Below, piece after piece: positions 57,589 to 64,000 of a DNA stretch of 64,000 nucleotides. This DNA is from Candidatus Krumholzibacteriia bacterium (GTDB lineage Bacteria > Krumholzibacteriota > Krumholzibacteriia > LZORAL124-64-63). Made by a program: the position numbers and the translations under genes. Under the pieces are notes generated by a model that ran no database searches, was not told the DNA's origin, and worked only from the letters and a program-made list of their open reading frames with translations. Within the stretch, counting starts at the first letter, position 1; each line of letters opens with the position of its first letter. The DNA lies in NCBI GenBank assembly GCA_036351155.1, contig JAZBOO010000163.1:9821-73820 (forward strand), written 5' to 3'.

Positions 57589-59150
57589 ATCTGCTGGATG
57601 ACGACCAGACGCCACGCGATGGCAAGAATATCCTGACGGTGCGTCAGCTCAACGAGGCCATCAGCGACGCCATGCGCGTGGCCTTCTCGTCCACCGTCTG
57701 GGTGCGCGGTGAGGTGCAGCGCTTGCCCCACGACGCGGCCCGGCGAACCCACATCTACTTCGAGCTCCACGAGACCGGACAGAGCGGGGCGGCCGAGTAC
57801 CAGATTCCCGTGTCGCTGATGGGCTGGGACCGCAGTCGGTATGGCCTGGGCAAGTATCTCGACGGCAGCGATCCCGATTTTCAGCTGGCCAACAAGATGG
57901 AGGTCTGCCTGGAATGCCAGGTCGATTTCTACGCCAAGTTCGGCAAGCTGAGCCTGAAGATCGTGGGGATCGACAAGAGCTTTGCCCTGGGCAAGCTGGA
58001 AGCCCAGCGGCGGGCCACTCTGGAGTACCTGAAGGCTCAGAATTTACTCGAGCGCAACGCGGCTATTGCGCTGTCGGAAATACCGTTGCGAGTAGGTCTG
58101 GTGACCAGCCCCGACAGTGCCGCGGCGCACGATTTCATGACCGGGCTGGAGGGTTCGCCCTTCGCTTTCCAGGTCACCCTGCGGGGGGCCAAGATGCAGG
58201 GGCAGCAACTGCAGGCCGAGGTCATGGCAGCTCTGGCGGCCTTGCAGACCCAGGCCGTCGATGTCATCGTGATCACACGTGGGGGTGGGTCCCGGGCCGA
58301 TCTGAGCTGGTTCGATCAGAAGGATCTGGCGGTGGCCATCGCCACCTGTCCGGTGCCGGTGATCACGGCCATTGGCCACGAGATCGACCGCAGCATTGCC
58401 GATCAGGTGGCTCATCATTTCTGCAAGACGCCCACGGCGGCGGCCGAGTTCCTGGTGGAGCGTCTGGAGATCGCCTCGGGCCGTGTGGCCAACGCCGCCG
58501 AACGCCTGGAGGAGATGGCCCTGGACCTGCTGGCCGATGCCCGGCGCCGCCTGGATGTGGACGCGGTTCTGTCCCGTGCGGTCCGCACCACCTTGCTGTC
58601 ACGCACTCATGGTTTTCAGCGGCTGGCCGGACGATTCCAGACCGTGGTTTCCCACCGACTGCGCCGGCACCAGCGGCTGGTGTCCGGCTACGAAGCGCAG
58701 CTGGTTTCGCGGGTGCAGCGGCGGGTGAGTCTGGCGGAAAAAGGCCTGCAGACCCAGGCCCTGAAGCTGAACAGCCTGACCCAGGCCTCCCTCACGGCGC
58801 GGTCCATGCGACTGACCCAGGCGGTGACCCGGCTGTCGCGGGAGGCGATGCGTCCGGCCGAACTGGCGTCCACCCGCTTGAAAAATCTGGCATTCCAGGC
58901 CAAGTTGCTGGACCCGGCCCGCCTGCTGGCCCGGGGCTACACCTTGACCCTGGACGGTGAGGGGAAGATCATCTCCTCCGTGGACAAGGTGGCCGCGGGG
59001 GATCTTTTGCGGACCCGATTCGTGGACGGTCAGGTCATCAGTATTGTACAACCGGATGGCTCGAGTGGCCGTCCACCCAGTGGAAAGGCACAAGCACGTG
59101 GCAGAAAAAAGTCCAAAGAAAACCCTGGCCAAAAAACTCTCTTTCGCTGA
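57585..59150 (+). CDS. xseA: Exodeoxyribonuclease VII large subunit
   Basis: VWVRGEV, HIYFEL, VTSP..AA..D, RGGGS, AIGHEID, TPTAAAE, LARGY. Confidence 0.95.
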   Translation: MNLLDDDQTPRDGKNILTVRQLNEAISDAMRVAFSSTVWVRGEVQRLPHDAARRTHIYFELHETGQSGAAEYQIPVSLMGWDRSRYGLGKYLDGSDPDFQLANKMEVCLECQVDFYAKFGKLSLKIVGIDKSFALGKLEAQRRATLEYLKAQNLLERNAAIALSEIPLRVGLVTSPDSAAAHDFMTGLEGSPFAFQVTLRGAKMQGQQLQAEVMAALAALQTQAVDVIVITRGGGSRADLSWFDQKDLAVAIATCPVPVITAIGHEIDRSIADQVAHHFCKTPTAAAEFLVERLEIASGRVANAAERLEEMALDLLADARRRLDVDAVLSRAVRTTLLSRTHGFQRLAGRFQTVVSHRLRRHQRLVSGYEAQLVSRVQRRVSLAEKGLQTQALKLNSLTQASLTARSMRLTQAVTRLSREAMRPAELASTRLKNLAFQAKLLDPARLLARGYTLTLDGEGKIISSVDKVAAGDLLRTRFVDGQVISIVQPDGSSGRPPSGKAQARGRKKSKENPGQKTLFR

Positions 59151-59391
59151 GGCGGTCAGCGAGGTCGAGGGCATCCTCTCGGACCTGGAATCCGATGCCG
59201 TGGACATCGACACACTCGGTGAAGAGGTCAAGCGGGCGGTCGAGTTGATCCAGGTGTGTCGTGACAAGCTCGAAAAGACCGACAGCGAAGTGCGCGGACT
59301 GGTGGCGGGACTGGAAAAGTCCGCCGGCCCCGAAGATGCCGCGCCGGCGACCGACCAACGGGACAACCCGGATGAGGACCTGCCCTTCTGA
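59098..59391 (+). CDS. xseB: Exodeoxyribonuclease VII small subunit
   Basis: LSFAEA..EVE.I...LE, A.ELI..C..KL; GTG start inside xseA. Confidence 0.88.
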   Translation: MAEKSPKKTLAKKLSFAEAVSEVEGILSDLESDAVDIDTLGEEVKRAVELIQVCRDKLEKTDSEVRGLVAGLEKSAGPEDAAPATDQRDNPDEDLPF

Positions 59392-60404
59392 TGGCTCCTA
59401 TCATCCAGGTGCGCAATCTGTGCCGCGACTACAAGCTGACCCGAAAACGCGAAGGCGTGGTGGGGGGCTTTGTTGATCTGGTGCGCCCCCGGAAGGAAAT
59501 CCTCCGCGCGGTGGACCAGGTGTCCTTCGACATCCAGGCCGGTGAAATGGTGGGGTACATCGGCGCCAACGGTGCCGGCAAGAGCACCACCATCAAGATG
59601 CTCACCGGCATCCTCACACCCACCAGCGGAACCGTCACCGTGGGGGGGATGGTGCCCTGGACCAAGCGCCTGCAGTACACCCGTCACATCGGCGCGGTCT
59701 TCGGGCAGCGCACCCAGCTGTGGTGGGATCTGGCGGTGGTGGAATCGTTCCGTCTGCTCAAGAAGATCTACGAGGTGGACGACGCCACCTACGAGCAGCA
59801 GATGGGGATCATGAACGAGTTGCTGGGGGTGGATGAATACCTTAATCAGCCGGTGCGCAAGCTTTCCCTGGGGCAACGCATGCGCTGTGACCTGGTGGCG
59901 GCCCTCCTGCACAAGCCGCGGGTGCTGTTCCTGGACGAACCGACCATCGGACTGGACGTGGTGGCCAAGGACAACGTGCGCCGTTTCTTGAAGGAGATCC
60001 GCGATCAGCAGGGCGTCACCGTGATCCTGACCACGCACGATCTGGGCGACATAGAACAGCTGTGCCGCCGGGTGATCATCATCGACAAGGGCAAGGTCCA
60101 TTTCGACGGGGACCTGCTGGATCTGCGGACCCGCACGGGACACCGGGTGAAGCTGACGGTGGATTTCCGGGAGGACACCCGGACCGAGCGCCTGGTCGAG
60201 GCCACCGCCGGACTGCCCGTGGTCTGGGAAGAGGGAGAAGGACTGCGTCACCGGGCCGAGTTCAGCCGCATGGAGGTTCCGGGCGCCGAGGTGATCAAGC
60301 GCCTGGTCAACGCCTGTCACGTGGTCGATTTCCACCTGGCCGAGGCCGACATCGAGGAAGTGGTGGCGGACATTTACCGTGCCGGCGGAAGGGCGGGCTC
60401 ATGA
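59391..60404 (+). CDS. ABC transporter ATP-binding protein
   Basis: GANGAGKST, FGQRTQLWWD, LSLGQRMR, FLDEPT, TTH. Confidence 0.93.
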   Translation: MAPIIQVRNLCRDYKLTRKREGVVGGFVDLVRPRKEILRAVDQVSFDIQAGEMVGYIGANGAGKSTTIKMLTGILTPTSGTVTVGGMVPWTKRLQYTRHIGAVFGQRTQLWWDLAVVESFRLLKKIYEVDDATYEQQMGIMNELLGVDEYLNQPVRKLSLGQRMRCDLVAALLHKPRVLFLDEPTIGLDVVAKDNVRRFLKEIRDQQGVTVILTTHDLGDIEQLCRRVIIIDKGKVHFDGDLLDLRTRTGHRVKLTVDFREDTRTERLVEATAGLPVVWEEGEGLRHRAEFSRMEVPGAEVIKRLVNACHVVDFHLAEADIEEVVADIYRAGGRAGS

Positions 60405-61297
60405 GTGAAACAGTGGCCACTGTTCATTTGCCGACCGACCCGCCCAGCGGGGTTCTGGCCCCCTGGCGCCGCACGCCCCGGGCCACCCTGGGGCTCTACG
60501 GCCATTTCATTCGCCTGGCTTTTCTGAAGTTTCTGGCCTATCGCCTGCGGTACTACACCGGCGTGGTCAGCTATACCATTTTCGTGGCGGGCTTCTACTA
60601 CCTTTACAGCGCCCTGTTTGCCAGCCGGGTGGCCGACTCGGGGGACAATCTCATCGGCGGCTTCACCCTCGGCCAGATGATCACCTACGTGGCCATCAGC
60701 TGGATCGGTCGCAGCTTCTACTTCAACAACATCAGCCGCGACCTGATGCGCATGGTCCAGGAAGGCGAGATTGCCGTCCAGCTGATCAAGCCCTTCCATC
60801 TGCAGTGGGTCATGATGTTCGAGGCCATTGGCGAGTCGGGTTTTCGTCTGCTCATGTTCTCGCTGCCGATCATGGTGGTGGTGGTGCCCCTGTTCGGAAT
60901 TGCGGGGCCCCCGGAGCCCCTGCTTTACCTGTGGACCTTCATCAGCTTCAGCCTGGCTCTGGTGATCCACAGCCAGTTCAACTTCTTGATCGGTTGCCTG
61001 GCTTTCTACATGAAGAACATCCAGGGGGTCTTGCGGGCCAAGATGGTGAGCATGGATTTTCTGACCGGCGTCATCGTGCCCTTCTCGTTTTTTCCCGAAT
61101 GGTTTCAGACCCTGTGCCAGTGGTTGCCTTTCCAGGGTATCAGCTACATTCCGGTGACCATCTACCTGGGCAAGCGGCCCGGGTCCGAACTGTACGAGGC
61201 CCTGCTGCTTCAGGTGGCCTGGGCGGTGGGCCTGTTCATTGCCGGCCGACTGGTCTGGGCCTACTCCATCCGCCGCGTCACCGTGCAGGGAGGCTGA
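60401..61297 (+). CDS. ABC-2 family permease
   Basis: LAYR, GEIAVQLIKP, P..FFP, LPF, VQGG C-terminus. Confidence 0.88.
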   Translation: MSETVATVHLPTDPPSGVLAPWRRTPRATLGLYGHFIRLAFLKFLAYRLRYYTGVVSYTIFVAGFYYLYSALFASRVADSGDNLIGGFTLGQMITYVAISWIGRSFYFNNISRDLMRMVQEGEIAVQLIKPFHLQWVMMFEAIGESGFRLLMFSLPIMVVVVPLFGIAGPPEPLLYLWTFISFSLALVIHSQFNFLIGCLAFYMKNIQGVLRAKMVSMDFLTGVIVPFSFFPEWFQTLCQWLPFQGISYIPVTIYLGKRPGSELYEALLLQVAWAVGLFIAGRLVWAYSIRRVTVQGG

Positions 61298-61298
61298 A

Positions 61299-62150
61299 AT
61301 GGATCCCTCACTGGACACCACCTTCAGCGCGCGACCCCAGCGCAGCCCCCTGCGCCACGCCCTCTGGGAACTGGGGATCTACGGGGCTTACTTCGGCCAG
61401 TTCGTCAAGACACGCCTGGCCTACCGCATGGACTTCTTCATCGACGTGGCGGCCGTCCTCTTCAGCCTGGTCATCCAGCTGGCCATCTTGACCACCCTGT
61501 TCAGCAAGGTGACGGCCCTCAAGGGGTGGACCTTCGAGCAGGTGCTGTTCATCTACGGCTTCAGCCTGGTGCCGCTGGGGCTGTTCAACCTGACCAGCGT
61601 GAATCTGTACCGGTTCAGCGACACCTTCATCATCCAGGGCAAGTTCGACCGCGTGTTGCTGCGCCCGGTGGGCACCCTGAGCCAGGTCATGTTCGAGGAA
61701 TTCAACGTGGCGGGGTTGAACGAGATTCTCATCGGTACGGCCGTCATGATCTACGCCGGGATCAAGATGGAGCTCGATTTTGGAACTTCCACGGTGCTGG
61801 GCATGTTAGTGCTGGGGCCTTCGGCTTCGCTGGTCTACACCGGGGTTTTTCTGGGGATCACCGCGGTCTCGTTCTGGCATGAAGACCGCATGGGCCTGGC
61901 GCCGCCCATCTACAACGTGATACGCTTCAGCCGGTACCCCATGACCATTTTCGGGGCGCCGGTCCGGCTGTTTCTGACCTTCGTGTTGCCGTTTGCCTGG
62001 GTGGCTTTCTATCCGGCGTCCTGGTTCATCGGCAGTCCGGAATTCAGTCGATACGCCATGTTTACCCCGCTGGTCGGGGTGGTGGTTTTCACCGGGGCGG
62101 TGTTGATCTGGCGGGCGGGGACCCGCAACTACACCAGCACCGGCAGCTAG
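61299..62150 (+). CDS. ABC-2 family permease
   Basis: LAYRMDF, GW, GKFDRVLLRP, RYP..IF, YTSTGS C-terminus. Confidence 0.88.
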   Translation: MDPSLDTTFSARPQRSPLRHALWELGIYGAYFGQFVKTRLAYRMDFFIDVAAVLFSLVIQLAILTTLFSKVTALKGWTFEQVLFIYGFSLVPLGLFNLTSVNLYRFSDTFIIQGKFDRVLLRPVGTLSQVMFEEFNVAGLNEILIGTAVMIYAGIKMELDFGTSTVLGMLVLGPSASLVYTGVFLGITAVSFWHEDRMGLAPPIYNVIRFSRYPMTIFGAPVRLFLTFVLPFAWVAFYPASWFIGSPEFSRYAMFTPLVGVVVFTGAVLIWRAGTRNYTSTGS

Positions 62151-62180
62151 CGTCCGCCGGGCGCTTTTCTGGAGTGAACT

Positions 62181-62849
62181 ATGCGTGCGATCAGGTATGT
62201 CTTCTTGGGTTTTTTGCTGGTCCTTTCCCTGGCGGCGGTTCCTGCCTGGGCGGTTTTCAGCGGCGAAAATGGGGTCATCCGTTTCTCGTTTGACCCCGGT
62301 GATGAAATTCAACCCGTGGGACACGCCACCGTGAGCGAAAACGGCGTGACGGTGGTGGATCTGTACTGCTGGCTCACCGATGTGGAGCCCCTCAAGAAAG
62401 AGGGTGTGGCTTTCACGGGGGTCGGGGCCTTCGAACTGCTGCTGACCATCGACGGGGCCGAGGGCTTCATCCTGAAGCAGGAGTATTTTCAGGATTTTCG
62501 CCAGGTGGGATCCAGGCCCGGTCATTGCGTGGTGGGGCTGGATCCGGGAATGTCGCTGGAAGACGGCCGCGTGCAGCTGGTCCACTGGGAAATTCTTTTC
62601 CAGGGCCAGCCGGAAGACGTGGTGTTCGGACTCGATCCGGCGGGATTGATCTCTTGCGTCAAGGATCCCGAGTGCGATGGCCAGGGCATGCGTGCCCTCT
62701 ATGTGGGCGATGGGGCCAGTGGATTGAACGGCTACATCTTCGGGGCAGGCTATCAGCCGGCCTACCTGAATCCTTCGGAAGAGGTGGATCTGCAAGATCG
62801 CCACGGCCAGATCACCTGGCGTGATCGAGGCCAGTTCGAGCTCCGCTAA
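62181..62849 (+). CDS. Secreted hypothetical protein, probable paralog of 52506-53087
   Basis: Signal peptide ending PAWA; co-linear motif similarity with the 52506 protein. Confidence 0.78.
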   Translation: MRAIRYVFLGFLLVLSLAAVPAWAVFSGENGVIRFSFDPGDEIQPVGHATVSENGVTVVDLYCWLTDVEPLKKEGVAFTGVGAFELLLTIDGAEGFILKQEYFQDFRQVGSRPGHCVVGLDPGMSLEDGRVQLVHWEILFQGQPEDVVFGLDPAGLISCVKDPECDGQGMRALYVGDGASGLNGYIFGAGYQPAYLNPSEEVDLQDRHGQITWRDRGQFELR

Positions 62850-62892
62850 ATCGTCCTGCCCCCGGGGCCCGGGAAGCGCTATCTTGGGCCCC

Positions 62893-63810
62893 ATGGAAAC
62901 CGATACCCACTCCACATCCCCGGTGGTCAACAAGCGCGCCGGCGTGGCCTATGGCCTGGCGGCCTATCTGGCCTGGGGTTTCATCCCCCTGTATTTCAAG
63001 TCGGTGTCCGGGGTGCCGGCCTTCGAGGTGCTGGCCCATCGCATCCTCTGGTCCCTGGCGTTCCTACTGGGGATCATCTGGGGGCGGGGCCGCCTTCCGG
63101 AGGTGCTGGGCTACCTGCGGGACCGAGCCACCATGCGATTGATGGCGGTGACCACAGTCCTGATCGCCGTCAACTGGCTGGTCTTCATCTGGGCGGTGTT
63201 CAACGGCCGCTTGCTGGAGGCGAGTCTGGGTTACTTCATCAATCCCCTGGTGAACGTGCTGCTGGGGTGTGTCTTCCTGAAGGAACGGTTGCGGCCCTGG
63301 CAGCTGGCGGCGGTGGGGCTGGCCAGCTGCGGTGTCCTGTGGCTGGCCTTCGGCACGGGAACCTTGCCCTGGATCGCCCTGGTTCTGGCCTTCAGCTTTG
63401 GATTTTACGGTTTGTTGCGCAAGATCGGCCGGCCGGGTGGCATTGCCGGCCTGACGGTGGAAACTCTGCTGCTGGCCCCGGTGGCGGCGGGTTGGCTGGT
63501 GTTCAGCGGAACGCAGGGGACCCTGGTGTTCGCCCGGGAGGGGATGCGCTCCACCCTGCTGTTGCTGGCCGCCGGTCCCGTGACCGCCATGCCGCTGATC
63601 TGGTTTGCCGAGGGGGCGCGTCGGCTGCGGCTGGCCACCATCGGTTTCCTGCAGTACCTGGCCCCGTCGCTTCAGTTCCTGATGGCCGTGCTGGTGTTCG
63701 GGGAGAAGTTCGGGCACGTGCAGCTGGTCAGCTTCGGGTTGATCTGGGCGGCGCTGGTGCTGTACAGCATCGACACCGCCCGCAGTTTCCGCCGACCCGC
63801 TCTACTCTGA
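62893..63810 (+). CDS. rarD: EamA family transporter RarD
   Basis: AYLAWG..PLYF, LAHRILWS, NWLVFIWAV, ASLGYFINPL, YGLLRK, GFLQYLAP. Confidence 0.92.
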   Translation: METDTHSTSPVVNKRAGVAYGLAAYLAWGFIPLYFKSVSGVPAFEVLAHRILWSLAFLLGIIWGRGRLPEVLGYLRDRATMRLMAVTTVLIAVNWLVFIWAVFNGRLLEASLGYFINPLVNVLLGCVFLKERLRPWQLAAVGLASCGVLWLAFGTGTLPWIALVLAFSFGFYGLLRKIGRPGGIAGLTVETLLLAPVAAGWLVFSGTQGTLVFAREGMRSTLLLLAAGPVTAMPLIWFAEGARRLRLATIGFLQYLAPSLQFLMAVLVFGEKFGHVQLVSFGLIWAALVLYSIDTARSFRRPALL

Positions 63811-63999
63811 GCAGATCTCGATCAGCACGCCGCCCCCGCTCTTGGGATGCATGAACACGATCTTCTTGCCTCCGGCGCCTAGTCGGGGCGTCTCGTCCAG
63901 CAGGCGCATTCCTGCGTCCCGGCAACGCTGCATCACCTTTTCGATGTCCTCGGCGGCCAGGGCGATATGGTGCAGCCCGGGGCCCTTCTTCTCGATGAA
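63802..63999 (-). CDS. mce: 3' part of methylmalonyl-CoA epimerase (VOC family), partial at window edge
   Basis: Manual translation FIEKKGPGLHHIAL...PRLGAGGKKIVFMHPKSGGGVLIEICSE*. Confidence 0.85.
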   Translation of the reverse strand, partial: FIEKKGPGLHHIALAAEDIEKVMQRCRDAGMRLLDETPRLGAGGKKIVFMHPKSGGGVLIEICSE

Positions 64000-64000
64000 T

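Noticed and set aside
1..64000. CRISPR arrays, tRNA/rRNA genes, transposases, integrases, prophage or defence genes
   Set aside because: None recognized on reading; almost all sequence is accounted for by housekeeping or metabolic CDSs.

Overview
High-GC bacterial chromosomal window of about 57 genes, mostly housekeeping and metabolic. I found no CRISPR array, tRNA/rRNA gene or mobile element. In order: 3' end of recJ, rel, dtd, maf, mtnA; rplM-rpsI-rpsB(with S2 leader RNA)-tsf-pyrH-frr-uppS-cdsA-dxr-rseP; TamA/TamB; UvrD/PcrA; two M1 peptidases; a PAS histidine kinase with a REC-HD-GYP regulator; an ActP/DUF485 permease pair divergent from a Cache-PAS-DUF294 nucleotidyltransferase and a metallophosphoesterase; an acyl-CoA dehydrogenase/thiolase/hbd cluster; an RRM protein; tcdA; an M14 peptidase; sodB; an OmpA-domain protein; a DAACS symporter; pepA; a MATE transporter; xseAB; an ABC-2 exporter; rarD; and the 3' end of mce. 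The rplM-rpsI-rpsB-tsf order, a T9SS/FlgD-like C-terminal domain and 'S-[W/L]-x-x-[V/L]-K-S-L-Y-R' tails suggest an FCB-group candidate-phylum diderm (inference). Best leads: (1) a membrane receptor nucleotidyltransferase (sCache_2-PAS-DUF294) translationally coupled to a phosphoesterase beside an acetate permease; (2) a shared C-terminal 'KSLYR' motif on unrelated secreted proteins; (3) exonuclease VII subunits ending in clamp-binding-like and SSB-tip-like tails. All family calls come from motif recognition by eye; no database searches were run.
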